The notes beneath the pieces are model-generated. The model worked only from the letters and a program-made list of their open reading frames with translations, had not been told where the DNA came from and did no database searches. A stretch of 64,000 nucleotides of DNA from positions 17,657-81,656 of the forward strand of contig CAVVXR010000019.1 in the NCBI GenBank assembly GCA_963752215.1, written 5' to 3'. Position 1 is the first letter of the stretch, and each line of letters starts with the position of its first letter. Below are positions 31,608-41,371 of this stretch, in pieces. Both the position numbers and the translations under genes were made by a program. Source of the DNA: an uncultured Acidobacteriaceae bacterium (lineage in GTDB: Bacteria > Acidobacteriota > Terriglobia > Terriglobales > Acidobacteriaceae).

Positions 31608-32087
31608 TTACATCTGGCAAGACCAGGTTTGAACCTTCAACCTGGAACCAGATGCCTCCTGAATTTGCCCTCGAACTGAGTTGAATAGCGCCACCATCTG
31701 GGCGACAGCGCGGCTGGAATGCTGTAAAAGAGCGGCGTAACGCCGATTAAGCTGTTGCAGAGAATTGGACGCGGTGCGGATTTGCCCCATAATCTCATCA
31801 TCAATATCAGATTGAGAAGTCGCAGCTTCTGTCCTCAGAGGAACGCATATTTGGTTCACAAGCAAAGTAAGTCGGCTGCTCAGCGCCTGCTGGTTGACGA
31901 TGCTTTCTTCAAGATCCTGAAGTGCGTTGCGAGCAATGGCATTCATGGCCTTCTCCAATTCAGCAGCCAGAGCTCCCAAGAGCTGAAGATACTCGGCCGC
32001 TTTTCGGTTCCGCATCTGTGCATCGCCAGAGTTCATCCTTCGCACTTTCTCGACAGGCCCTGGTTCCGTGGCCCCGCCGTCCCGCAT
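31608..32087 (-). CDS. flgN: FlgN-like export chaperone
   Basis: Helical protein with LQQLN..Y..LL pattern between flgM and flgK; start uncertain. Confidence 0.65.
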   Translation of the reverse strand: MRDGGATEPGPVEKVRRMNSGDAQMRNRKAAEYLQLLGALAAELEKAMNAIARNALQDLEESIVNQQALSSRLTLLVNQICVPLRTEAATSQSDIDDEIMGQIRTASNSLQQLNRRYAALLQHSSRAVAQMVALFNSVRGQIQEASGSRLKVQTWSCQM

Positions 32088-32093
32088 TTCATA

Positions 32094-32378
32094 TCAGGCG
32101 TAGTCATCAATCATCGCCGAAGCGATCTTGGCCGGGTCCAGGTCGTATTCACCGTTCTGAATGGATTGCGCCAGAGTGTCCACTTTGCTCTGGCGGATTT
32201 CCGGCGAATTGAGGGCAATGCTCGCAAGCGAGCTTGCAGGCGCCGAATCGGACGAGAGGGTAGCCCGGTCCTGTTCACTTACCAGATCCGATTTGGCGAC
32301 GCTCTGCCCTCCGGCTTGCGACAGACTCGCATCGCTCGAAACATCGTTTGCTGCTGGATTGAAACCATCGATTCTCAT
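32094..32378 (-). CDS. flgM: Anti-sigma28 factor
   Basis: D.ATLS, IRQSKV..L..SI..GEY..D..KIA. Confidence 0.93.
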   Translation of the reverse strand: MRIDGFNPAANDVSSDASLSQAGGQSVAKSDLVSEQDRATLSSDSAPASSLASIALNSPEIRQSKVDTLAQSIQNGEYDLDPAKIASAMIDDYA

Positions 32379-32407
32379 TTTCAGCTCCTTACACTAAACC
32401 GCTGTCC

Positions 32408-32434
32408 CTATCGGCAGATTCACGAAAAAGTTTA
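32408..32434 (-). promoter_or_regulatory. Sigma28 promoter for flgM-flgN-flgK-flgL
   Basis: TAAA-N15-GCCGATAG, consensus match. Confidence 0.88.
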
Positions 32435-32444
32435 GCCCAAAATC

Positions 32445-32852
32445 TCAATTCTTTTTGGGTAGTTCCGCTCCCGTAGGCTGCCCCGCTTGGGCGGAGGTCT
32501 GAGGATTTGCCTTGTCGGCCGCAGCATGCATGGCTTTGGCAACCATTTTGGCGATTCCGATGCCGCCTGAGGCCGCCATAGACGTTGATAAAGCCTGCAC
32601 GCCGAAGCTTGTTACCGAGTCGCTTGCGACGTCTTTGTCATCGTCGTCTGCGCCTGGAAGTGTGCTAAACGACTGTTCTGCCTGTTGCAGCCAGCTTCCC
32701 AAAAGAATCGATTCGAACTCCCTGGACCCCTTTTCAATTTTGTCGTTGCTAAGCTTCTCAGGAGACTGCATCTGATGAACCAGTTGATCCTGTCTCGCCT
32801 GCAAGACGCTTTGTTGCGGGTTCAATGAACCCAAAGCTAAACTCGTTGCCAT
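32445..32852 (-). CDS. flgJ: Rod-binding FlgJ (no muramidase domain)
   Basis: REFESILL and A..GGIGIAKM; follows flgI. Confidence 0.8.
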   Translation of the reverse strand: MATSLALGSLNPQQSVLQARQDQLVHQMQSPEKLSNDKIEKGSREFESILLGSWLQQAEQSFSTLPGADDDDKDVASDSVTSFGVQALSTSMAASGGIGIAKMVAKAMHAAADKANPQTSAQAGQPTGAELPKKN

Positions 32853-34042
32853 TATTGGATCTCCAAATCTGCCTGGATTCCGCCCTCGGCCTTGATGGCT
32901 TGAAGGATAGCCACGACATCGCGAGCAGTAGTGCCGATGGCGTGAAGCCCATTGACCAATTCCTCTACATTCGCGCCCTCGTCCAACCGCATCGATTGCG
33001 CGGGTGCCTCATTCACATTCAACCGTGTCTCTGGCACCAGAGTAGCTGCTGTCGGAATTTTCTGGCCGGGCATCATTCCGCCTGGCACGACTGCATAAGC
33101 GGTGACCACCTGGATGGATAGGCTGCCGTGGATCACGGAGACAGGTAAAAGCTTGACGCTGCCGCCCATCACAATTGTGCCGGTCCGCTCGTTGATCACG
33201 ATCTTGGCCGGAGTGTTCACGGTGAGCATCAGGCTCTGCACCCGCGCGATTAGCTGAGGCACGGATTGCTCAGATGTGTCGGCAACGCTGATGTCTATGC
33301 GCCTGCTGTCGAGCGCGGTTGCGACAGGCTTGCTGAACTCCCGGTTCACCGCATCTGCAATCTCGGTCGCCGTCTCAAAATCCGGATTCCGCAGCAACAG
33401 AGATACGGTCTTAAACCCCTTGAGATCCACTGCCGTGTCGCGTTCGATAATCGCTCCATTTGGAATCATGCCGACGTTGGCGGAGTTGACTTCCTTCCGA
33501 TTCGCGCCATCGCCTGCTACGTATCCACCCATCACCAGCGGCCCTTGCGCTTCGGCATAAATCTGCCCATCGGGACCGCGCAGCGCGCTCATCAGCAGGA
33601 TGCCACCCTCGATACTGCGGGCATCGCCGACCGAAGAGACAGTGACGTCCAGCTTCGCTCCCGGCCGTGCAAATGGCGGAAGCGATGCCGTAATGAACAC
33701 CGCTGCCACGTTCTTCACGACCGCAGTTCCTGCGGGAACGAGTACGCCCATCTTCTGCATGGCATTGGCGAGCGTCTGCATAGTGAAGAGGGTTTGTTGT
33801 GTGTCTCCGGTGCCGCGCAGTCCCGTTACCAGACCGTAGCCCACCAAAAGATTGTCTCTTACCCCTTCAACATTTGTGATATCGCGCACCATGACCCGGC
33901 GGTCAGTCTCGGACCCGGCCGCATTGAGCGCAGATGGAAACAGAAATGCGCTGAGCACCAGGACTGACCAGGCGATCATGCAAACGAGTTCGCTCGATAA
34001 TGTGCACTTCAGTTTCATCGGCATCAGAATCCAATCAGCCAT
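32852..34042 (-). CDS. flgI: P-ring protein
   Basis: GVRDN.LVGYGLV.GL.GTGD, NERTGTIV; start may be 34024 or 34018. Confidence 0.97.
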   Translation of the reverse strand: MADWILMPMKLKCTLSSELVCMIAWSVLVLSAFLFPSALNAAGSETDRRVMVRDITNVEGVRDNLLVGYGLVTGLRGTGDTQQTLFTMQTLANAMQKMGVLVPAGTAVVKNVAAVFITASLPPFARPGAKLDVTVSSVGDARSIEGGILLMSALRGPDGQIYAEAQGPLVMGGYVAGDGANRKEVNSANVGMIPNGAIIERDTAVDLKGFKTVSLLLRNPDFETATEIADAVNREFSKPVATALDSRRIDISVADTSEQSVPQLIARVQSLMLTVNTPAKIVINERTGTIVMGGSVKLLPVSVIHGSLSIQVVTAYAVVPGGMMPGQKIPTAATLVPETRLNVNEAPAQSMRLDEGANVEELVNGLHAIGTTARDVVAILQAIKAEGGIQADLEIQ

Positions 34043-34755
34043 AGAATGGCTTTCATAATGGGGTTGATCGGCCTGGTGGCGTCGGCGATGATTCCCTTCC
34101 CCTTCATCTCAATCTCGAGATTGCTCAGGGAAGCTGAAGAAATTGTGTTGCTCGGGCCGATATCTCCAGGTCGCACAACTCCGCGAATTGTAATGTCTTC
34201 ATGCTGATTGTTCATGAAGATCTTGCGTTGCGCCTCTACCACCAGGTTGCCGCTCGGCAACACTGCAACCACTTGTCCGGTAAGGCTGGTTTGGAATGTC
34301 GTATTCGAGGAGGTTGCTCCCTGGCCCGCTAACTGTGTTGCAGAATTCGCATTCAGCAGAGGATTCAGACCGGTTGTCTTCACGGCGCCGGCCAGTCCAG
34401 TGATTCCCGAACTGGTTTGAAAGGTTCGCTGATATGCCGACGTTCCGCTCTGCGTCGCGGCGGTTTGGACCGCGGCAATAATCACGATTGTGTCATTGAC
34501 CTTCTGAGCCTTGTAGTCGGTTGATATATCTCCCAATGGATTGCCGGAGCCGGACCACAGGCTGCCGACAGTTTTGCTTGTGTCCACATGCACGTCCTGC
34601 TCTTGCAGTCGCGAGACATATTGCTGTCTTAACTGCGTTGTATTGTTCTTCTTCTTGAGATCCGATGCATGCCCAAACTGAGCCGCCGTTAGGACCAGCA
34701 GGATATCAATCGCAAGATTTCGGACGGCGTATTTTCTCATGGAGACGATTTTCAC
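34024..34755 (-). CDS. flgH: L-ring protein
   Basis: VLPSGNLVV, GVVRP.DI...NTISS. Confidence 0.94.
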   Translation of the reverse strand: MKIVSMRKYAVRNLAIDILLVLTAAQFGHASDLKKKNNTTQLRQQYVSRLQEQDVHVDTSKTVGSLWSGSGNPLGDISTDYKAQKVNDTIVIIAAVQTAATQSGTSAYQRTFQTSSGITGLAGAVKTTGLNPLLNANSATQLAGQGATSSNTTFQTSLTGQVVAVLPSGNLVVEAQRKIFMNNQHEDITIRGVVRPGDIGPSNTISSASLSNLEIEMKGKGIIADATRPINPIMKAILWLIGF

Positions 34756-35312
34756 AATCTGCCTTTCAATACGGAATCAGAGAGCACTTGGGCAGTAAAC
34801 GTCTTGCGCTGTTCTTTGCTGACGACTCGAACCGTTTGGCCGGCCGCACCGTTTTCCAAACAAAAGACAGGCAGTTGGATATGAACGTGATCCCCATCGA
34901 GCAGCAAAGTTGCGGGCGACCCGGCATGTACGACTATGGCATCTGTACCAGCTTTGGTCTGCGAAACCGCACCCGATCTTGACGAAGTAGCCGTTATCGC
35001 ATCCTCGCCATTCCAATTGACCGCAACCAGAAACGGCAGGCATTCGCTGTTTGAGTCGCAGGCCAGGCGAACCTTCATGCGATGGTCGCCCCAGCGCTCC
35101 ATTGACTCAACCCTGAGGGCGGGTTTGTTTGTGGAAGCAACAACGTCGGCCAGAAGAGTTACCTGCTGCGCCGATACCTTCATGCCCGCGGCGCTGAGGG
35201 TGTCCGCGATAAACTCCGCCGTGATGGCGTTCGCGCTCGGCGGCGCAGCCGCAGCCGGCAGCGCCATCGCCGCGCATAGAGCCAATGCCGAAATAGATCT
35301 GTCATTCTTCAT
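34752..35312 (-). CDS. flgA: P-ring assembly chaperone
   Basis: V..G..ATL, LENG..GQTVRV; located between flgG and flgH. Confidence 0.8.
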   Translation of the reverse strand: MKNDRSISALALCAAMALPAAAAPPSANAITAEFIADTLSAAGMKVSAQQVTLLADVVASTNKPALRVESMERWGDHRMKVRLACDSNSECLPFLVAVNWNGEDAITATSSRSGAVSQTKAGTDAIVVHAGSPATLLLDGDHVHIQLPVFCLENGAAGQTVRVVSKEQRKTFTAQVLSDSVLKGRL

Positions 35313-35324
35313 CGCGCCATCACC

Positions 35325-36116
35325 TTATTGAGCAAGTTGGTTCAAACCTTGCAGCATCTCATCCGCAGCTTTGACGACCCGCGAATTGGATTCATAGGAG
35401 CGCTGCGCCAGAATCATATTCACGAACTCGTCGACAATATTGACGTTCGACTGTTCCAGCATGCCCTGCTGAAGTGTGCCGAGCCCGTCTGAGCCGCCCG
35501 GAACGCCGACAATCGGATTCCCCGATGCGGTAGTTTGCAGATAAATGTTGTTGCCGGCGCTGTCGAGGCCGCCGGGATTTGCGAAACTAGCCAGCTGAAT
35601 CACTCCCACCTGTGATGTCGCGGTTTGTCCAGGCAGTGAAACGCTCACCGTGCCATCGCTGCCAATGGTCACGTTGGTAGCTGTTGGCGGAATCGTAATG
35701 GTCGGCTGAAGCTTATTGCCGTTCGCCGTCACCAGGTTGCCCTGCGAATCGGTTTGAAATGAGCCCGCCCGTGTGTAGCCGATCTGATTGCTCGGCAGCA
35801 GAATCTGAAAGAAGCCAGTGCCTTCAATCGCAAGATCCAGCGGATTTCCCGTGCTGGTCAAGTCACCTTGCGTCTGAACAATCTCAGTGTTGGCGGATTT
35901 CGTACCCAGTCCAATCTGCAATCCGGATGACACCGTGGTCTGCTCTGTCGCCGCCGCGCCCGGCATTACCTCATTCTGATAAAGAAGATCGGTAAACTGC
36001 ACGCGGCGCGATTGAAATCCAGAGGTGCTGGAATTGGCGAGGTTATTGGCAATGTTGTCGAGGTTGACTTGTTGTGCCGTCATTCCGCTTGCCGCGGTGT
36101 ACAGGGCATGAAACAT
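35325..36116 (-). CDS. flgG: Distal rod protein
   Basis: ANNLAN, FTDLLYQ, LDLAIEG.GFF, YTRAG, SNV. Confidence 0.97.
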   Translation of the reverse strand: MFHALYTAASGMTAQQVNLDNIANNLANSSTSGFQSRRVQFTDLLYQNEVMPGAAATEQTTVSSGLQIGLGTKSANTEIVQTQGDLTSTGNPLDLAIEGTGFFQILLPSNQIGYTRAGSFQTDSQGNLVTANGNKLQPTITIPPTATNVTIGSDGTVSVSLPGQTATSQVGVIQLASFANPGGLDSAGNNIYLQTTASGNPIVGVPGGSDGLGTLQQGMLEQSNVNIVDEFVNMILAQRSYESNSRVVKAADEMLQGLNQLAQ

Positions 36117-36128
36117 TCTCGAGCTCCT

Positions 36129-36866
36129 TTAGCTGACCTTGGGAAGTTCTTTGGTTGCGGTTTTGTCCATTTCGTTGTCGTAGACCGAAAGTGCGCGCTG
36201 CATCATCTCGGCTGATCGTTGCGCAGTGATGAGTTCAACCATGCTCGTGATCGGGTTCACGTTCGAGCTCTCCAGCACTCCCTGCTGTACCGATGAATCG
36301 GTTGCGGGTATGTCGCTTTTTGCAGGCGCGGAATAATAATTGTTTCCCGTGCTCGTTAGTGGCGTGCCGGCCGGAAATTGAACTAGCTTTACCTTGCCTG
36401 CTACAGCTCCGTTTGAAGAGATGGTCCCATCTGAACTGATCGAGATTGGGCCGGCCGGGATCGCTATGGGGCCCTTTTCACCCATAACCGGATCTCCGGT
36501 AGAAGTTACCAACTGCCCGGTGCTTGATACTTGAAAGCCGCCGTTGCGAGTGTACATTTGTCCGTTCGCGGTCTTGATTTCAAAGAAGCCTGAGCCTTGA
36601 ATGCCAAGATCAAGATCGTTTCCCGTCTTCTGCATTGCGCCCTGGCCGAGGTCGAGTGACGTTCCGCCCAATACACCATAATCGTTGACCGCGCGATTGA
36701 GGGCTGTGCCGGACGCGTTTCCAGCGTCAGCGAGCACAGACTGGAAAACATTGTGTTCGGCTCTGAACCCGACAGTGCCCGCGTTCGCCAGATTGTTGGC
36801 GATCGTATCCAGTGCCTGTGTACGAGCAATCAGAGCTGTACTTGCGGCATAGTATCCACTGCCCAT
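36129..36866 (-). CDS. flgF: Proximal rod protein
   Basis: ANNLAN..T.GFR, YTRNG, LESSNVN; ATG 36866 with GGGAG SD. Confidence 0.93.
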   Translation of the reverse strand: MGSGYYAASTALIARTQALDTIANNLANAGTVGFRAEHNVFQSVLADAGNASGTALNRAVNDYGVLGGTSLDLGQGAMQKTGNDLDLGIQGSGFFEIKTANGQMYTRNGGFQVSSTGQLVTSTGDPVMGEKGPIAIPAGPISISSDGTISSNGAVAGKVKLVQFPAGTPLTSTGNNYYSAPAKSDIPATDSSVQQGVLESSNVNPITSMVELITAQRSAEMMQRALSVYDNEMDKTATKELPKVS

Positions 36867-36888
36867 ATAGTTCTCCCGATTCATACAA

Positions 36889-36904
36889 TGCAATCGGAGT
36901 GCCA
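36889..36904 (-). promoter_or_regulatory. Sigma54 -24/-12 promoter for flgFGAHIJ
   Basis: TGGCAC-TCCGA-TTGCA, consensus match. Confidence 0.92.
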
Positions 36905-37083
36905 ATTGACGAGGCAAAGTTTACCCGAAAAAGGTAAGAATCAGGGTCAAATAGGGGTGATTGATGAGGGACTGATTAGAAAAAGATCTACAAATTGCCT
37001 TCCAATTTGAGCCTTTCCGATTCTTCTCATCCAAAAACAATCAATACGCTTGGAATTCAGTGCAGCGCATACGTCAAAGCTGC

Positions 37084-37836
37084 CTATTCGTCTTGAATGA
37101 GGATCGGACCAAATCCGGGATCGAAAGGGCATTTGATCGTTGACCGGGTCGCGCGCTGGTGAGCCAATCGCACGATCTCCGACCATTCGGATTCGCATCC
37201 AGTTGATTGAATATCCGAGAAAAATTGCTGCACAAAATGCGGAAGCGACCATCGCTTTGCCATGTTAAGCCCATTCAGCGCTTCAGTAGCCGAATCTTTT
37301 CTGGTGTCATTCCACCCAAGAACATTGGGAAGGTATCCAATTAAATGGAGAAGGCCGACGAGGTAGGCCTGCTCAGGATCCGTTTCCGGCAGCTTGTTTG
37401 CAACTTGCTTTGAGAATTGCGCTATCTCCCTGGAATGTGCCCACATCTCTGCAATATCTCTCTGACGGCCATGGCGAGCTGCTTTTTCTATTGAAACGGC
37501 TTGCATACAGGCATGAACACCCAGGGAGGAGATGCAATCCTCAATTCGGAGCGGCCGGTCATTGGAGCTGCCGTACTCACTTCCCGCCAGACGCAATATC
37601 TGCAACGTGGCGCCCAGATCATCAAGCACAAGCTTTGACATTTCGCGCAGATTGACAGACGGTTCCTGAACCACAAGGTCGAGGAGCAGAAGAGTTTCCT
37701 GCATGATTGGAATTGCGGGATCGGGAGCAACGCCAATATAAGTTGGCTGCAGGATCAGGACCTGCTGAATACCCGATGGCTGCTGCGAATTTTTACTGTT
37801 GGTCATCGAACTACCACCCGCAACATTCATCGGCAA
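37084..37836 (-). CDS. Stand-alone HDOD-domain protein
   Basis: IP.M, D...T.QILRLA, WAHS, AYLVGLLH.IG, WSLP. Confidence 0.85.
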   Translation of the reverse strand: MPMNVAGGSSMTNSKNSQQPSGIQQVLILQPTYIGVAPDPAIPIMQETLLLLDLVVQEPSVNLREMSKLVLDDLGATLQILRLAGSEYGSSNDRPLRIEDCISSLGVHACMQAVSIEKAARHGRQRDIAEMWAHSREIAQFSKQVANKLPETDPEQAYLVGLLHLIGYLPNVLGWNDTRKDSATEALNGLNMAKRWSLPHFVQQFFSDIQSTGCESEWSEIVRLAHQRATRSTIKCPFDPGFGPILIQDE

Positions 37837-38753
37837 GTCACGGTAGTTTGTCTACCCCCAGAGCCGATCCTGTTTCTCATGGCGAAAGACTTCGATGATT
37901 TTTCAAGTCCGTCATCGATTCTTCCTCGGAAGAGTAAGTCGATTTTCTGTCGTTTGCCTATCACCCTGACCCATACCATGTTTCGAGAATTGGTGAATCT
38001 CGCTTCACGCGCAGAAGCCTCCAATGCCGCGTCTGCCAACTCGTTCGCCATTTGCGCCGGCGTAAGGCTTTCGTCAAAAACCATTTCCTTATAGTCTGAA
38101 ACCGGCGTCAGCCGAGCCATCTGTTCGCCGAACTCGGTCGGCGTAATGAGACACGGTTCAACCGTGCATCCGGTGATCGCCTCAAGGGCAATAAGCAGGC
38201 TATGTTCGACGCGATAAACGAAGCCCACAATCAATCGTTTTGACGCAACCGAATAATGCAATGGCGCTGCAGAGTACGCGTGCAGAAGTGTAAGCGGAAT
38301 ATCCGCCTCTACAGAATGGCCGATGCGATCCTTCCCGAGAATCGGAACTCCCCATTGCGCCGCTCTGGCCGCTGTGAGTTGCCACTCGTTGGCCAAGCCA
38401 AGCTCAACCAAGACCGATTCCAATTCCTTGCCTTGCAATTGACTCTGTGCCGTCGCAACCCTGAGCTGCTCTTCAGTCAAGTAGCCCTTGGCGAGCATCG
38501 CCAGTCCGATATTCAATCGAGGGCTGTGAGGCATCTCCACAACTCGCCCTGCGGAGATCGTCGTAAACCGGTTGAACGCAGCTTCCGCAAAGCAGCCGAC
38601 GCCGCAGTACCAGTCCTGATCTACACTAACTCCGGCGTTGCCCTTGGTCACGAATCGCATCAGCAGTGTGTCCTGGCAGGCCTGCAGAGCACACGGCGCA
38701 TGCCTTCCTGGCCGGCCAGCGCTCGAAAACATTCCCCGCAATGAAAGCCTCAT
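37827..38753 (-). CDS. Cys4 motif plus MshEN/GspE N-terminal domain protein, no ATPase
   Basis: C-x4-C...WYC-x3-C, then IG..L..GYLT..QL and L...LV..GL....L..A.A.Q repeats; ATG 38753 with GGAGG SD. Confidence 0.75.
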   Translation of the reverse strand: MRLSLRGMFSSAGRPGRHAPCALQACQDTLLMRFVTKGNAGVSVDQDWYCGVGCFAEAAFNRFTTISAGRVVEMPHSPRLNIGLAMLAKGYLTEEQLRVATAQSQLQGKELESVLVELGLANEWQLTAARAAQWGVPILGKDRIGHSVEADIPLTLLHAYSAAPLHYSVASKRLIVGFVYRVEHSLLIALEAITGCTVEPCLITPTEFGEQMARLTPVSDYKEMVFDESLTPAQMANELADAALEASAREARFTNSRNMVWVRVIGKRQKIDLLFRGRIDDGLEKSSKSFAMRNRIGSGGRQTTVTCR

Positions 38754-38775
38754 CGAATTTCCTTCCCTCCAGCGA

Positions 38776-39576
38776 TCAGTGAATAAGGTACGACGCAATG
38801 GGTTGCGGGATTTCTGTGACCCGCAATCCGTAATTGCCGTCAACGATCACGGCTTCGCCTCGAGCAATCACTTTCCCGTCGAGCAGCAGTTCGACGGGCT
38901 CATCTACCTGGCGGTCCAACTCAACAATCGAACCGCTGGCCAGATCCAGTACATCGCGGAGCGGCATCTGGCGCTGGCCGAATCGAAGCGAGACGTTCAA
39001 CTCAACGTCCATGACAAGTTTCAAATTGACGGGATCTATCTTCAGGTCTTCAGCCTTAGCCGCATCTGTCGCGGGGGACTCGCGAGCCAGTGCTGCCAAT
39101 AGCTCGCTGTCAAAATGAAGCGTCACCGGCGTGCCCGGCGCCGCCCCTTCAGTGACGGCCAGCGAAACACTCAGCATTTCGTCGGAAGCCAAATAATCGA
39201 CCAAATCGACCGCGACGGTAAGCTCTCCATAGTTGCCAGCCAGAGATGCACTGACCCCGGACATCGCCGACGAGATCAGCTTTGTCATTGCATCGCTATG
39301 CTCTTCGGTGAAAGCTGCATCCGGCTGACCAGGCCTTTTCGAGACCATCGCAACAATCTGCGACTCGCTGAATTGAACGACGCATTGTCCACGAAGTCCG
39401 CCGTTGAGTTCCAACCTAAAGTGAATCGGCTGCTCCCGGTGCTCGGCGGAGTTCTGGGTTTCCAGAACCGTAAAGCGCCATTGAACTCCGAGTGACTGAA
39501 AAATGGATCCAGCCAAAGACTCCGAAAATCCGCGGGCAAATTCTCGCGCCGCCTCAGTTTTCTTTTTGTCCACCAT
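38776..39576 (-). CDS. fliN: Motor switch protein FliN with long N-terminal domain
   Basis: MDVEL.V..RFG, GSIVELD, IARGE.VIVDGNYGLRVT. Confidence 0.93.
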   Translation of the reverse strand: MVDKKKTEAAREFARGFSESLAGSIFQSLGVQWRFTVLETQNSAEHREQPIHFRLELNGGLRGQCVVQFSESQIVAMVSKRPGQPDAAFTEEHSDAMTKLISSAMSGVSASLAGNYGELTVAVDLVDYLASDEMLSVSLAVTEGAAPGTPVTLHFDSELLAALARESPATDAAKAEDLKIDPVNLKLVMDVELNVSLRFGQRQMPLRDVLDLASGSIVELDRQVDEPVELLLDGKVIARGEAVIVDGNYGLRVTEIPQPIASYLIH

Positions 39577-39578
39577 TT

Positions 39579-40550
39579 TTACTCTCCTTCCCAGTTTGTT
39601 TGTTGGGCCCGGCGACCAAGCTGGGCTGCTTTTTGCAATCCGTTTCTGACCGGCAGCGCCTCAAATATTTCGCGTCCCTCAATGCTCAATGCCCCAGCTG
39701 TTCCAACGGGCGTCCGGAGCTTTAGAACGCTTCCGGCTTGAAGAGTGACCAGGTCCCGCACCGGAACCTTCAAAGGAAATAAGCCCGCCGCGACTATCAC
39801 ATCGCATTCCAAAATCCGTTCACGAATGCTTAGCAATGGAAAATAGCGTAGCCTATTTCTTGTGTTTGGTTCATCGCCCTGTATCTTATTCACGAGAAGA
39901 TTGGAGAACGAAGTCGGAAGAACCAATTGAAATGTGCCTCTGGCGCCTGCGAACCCGATCGTGAATTCGAGTATTGCGACCTTTTCCGAAGGCGAGCAAT
40001 TCTTCGCCATGAACGACGGTTTGATTCGCCGACCTTGCTCCAGAGACATGTTTGGTATTTGCCATGCCTGTTCTGCTCCCCGAGCGATCAAGGACGTGAC
40101 ATCCTGCATGATTTCTTCTTCGATTTCCGATAATTCCCGCATGCGATCAACCGGACCGCCCATCCCGCCCAAAAGACGCTCAATCATTGGAAATACAAGG
40201 TTGAGATCGCATTCCACAAAGACAGGGCATGGAATCGAACGCAGAACAAACGGAACGATGAAGTTCAAAGGAGGAATGCTGGAAATATACTCCTGTTTGG
40301 ACATCTGATTGAGACCCTTCGGCTTTACCTCAAGCTCCGTGCCAAGGTAATCCTCCAGGTTAATGGCCAATTGGCGAGCAAACGTCTCGTGCGCTGAAGT
40401 TAGAGTTCGGGCGTTTTCATTCGACATTCTTCCCGCCGATCGAAAGTTGCAGGGTTGAACCGAACGCGGCCGACTGTCCGAAGCCGGTGACTCTTTCTGC
40501 CTTGAAACTCTGACCGTTGCTTCTTGATTTTCCTGACTAAGCGCACTCAA
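39579..40550 (-). CDS. fliM: Motor switch protein FliM
   Basis: NFR, HETFAR, LLGG.G, RELSEIE and C-terminal SpoA domain. Confidence 0.9.
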   Translation of the reverse strand: MSALSQENQEATVRVSRQKESPASDSRPRSVQPCNFRSAGRMSNENARTLTSAHETFARQLAINLEDYLGTELEVKPKGLNQMSKQEYISSIPPLNFIVPFVLRSIPCPVFVECDLNLVFPMIERLLGGMGGPVDRMRELSEIEEEIMQDVTSLIARGAEQAWQIPNMSLEQGRRIKPSFMAKNCSPSEKVAILEFTIGFAGARGTFQLVLPTSFSNLLVNKIQGDEPNTRNRLRYFPLLSIRERILECDVIVAAGLFPLKVPVRDLVTLQAGSVLKLRTPVGTAGALSIEGREIFEALPVRNGLQKAAQLGRRAQQTNWEGE

Positions 40551-41334
40551 TCGAACCTCCCTTTGTTGCGTAACTTGCCGATGGCTCCTCTTGCAGGTGT
40601 GCTAGCAGTTCCCTGAGCTTTTTCAAGGTAGCCTGCAGTATCTGCGAAACGCGCGAAAGCGCCACACCTACTACTTCTGCGATCTCTTTCATTGTGAGTT
40701 CTTCGCGATAGTAAAGAGACAGAATCAATTGTTCCCTCTTGCTCAGCTTTGAGATGGCTTCAGCCAAATGAGCTTTCATTTCGCCCCTTAGGCAAAGGTC
40801 GAATGGGTCCGGGTCGTCCAGGTTCGGCGCGGATTCGATCACATCAAATAGTGCACCTCGATCATTTGAGACAGCGGTCTGCTGGCCCACAATAAAAAGA
40901 CCGTCGATTTGCGCAATGATCTTTTGCAGTTGACTGGTCTCGATATGCATCTCGGCCGCGATCTCGGACTCGACGGGATGACGCTTGAGCCTGGCTTCAA
41001 GCCGCGCGGTCGCGTCCGCTATCTCGCGTCCGCGTCGACGCAGGGAGCGCGACCCCCAGTCGGCCTCGCGCAGGCTGTCCAGGATTGCGCCTCGAATTCG
41101 AAACTTCGCAAAGGCTTTGAACTGGATATTCTTTGAACTGTTGAAGCTCCGGCTCGCTTCCAGCAAGCCGATCACTCCCGCATTCACCAGGTCCTCCAGT
41201 TCAACTTGCCGAGGAAGCCGTTCACGAATCCGAGCCGCAATGTAGTAGACCTGTGACAGCTCCTGCATCACGAGATCGTTTGGATCCGCAACTTCCGCTA
41301 CGCTTGATTTGTATGCCACTTCGGCAGGCGTCAT
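40537..41334 (-). CDS. fliA: RNA polymerase sigma28
   Basis: EDLV.AGVIGL, RIRGAILDSLR..DW, YYREELTMKEI...SRVSQI. Confidence 0.96.
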   Translation of the reverse strand: MTPAEVAYKSSVAEVADPNDLVMQELSQVYYIAARIRERLPRQVELEDLVNAGVIGLLEASRSFNSSKNIQFKAFAKFRIRGAILDSLREADWGSRSLRRRGREIADATARLEARLKRHPVESEIAAEMHIETSQLQKIIAQIDGLFIVGQQTAVSNDRGALFDVIESAPNLDDPDPFDLCLRGEMKAHLAEAISKLSKREQLILSLYYREELTMKEIAEVVGVALSRVSQILQATLKKLRELLAHLQEEPSASYATKGGSIECA

Positions 41335-41371
41335 TTCTTCACCTCTTCAAACATGTGTGAATCAACATTTG

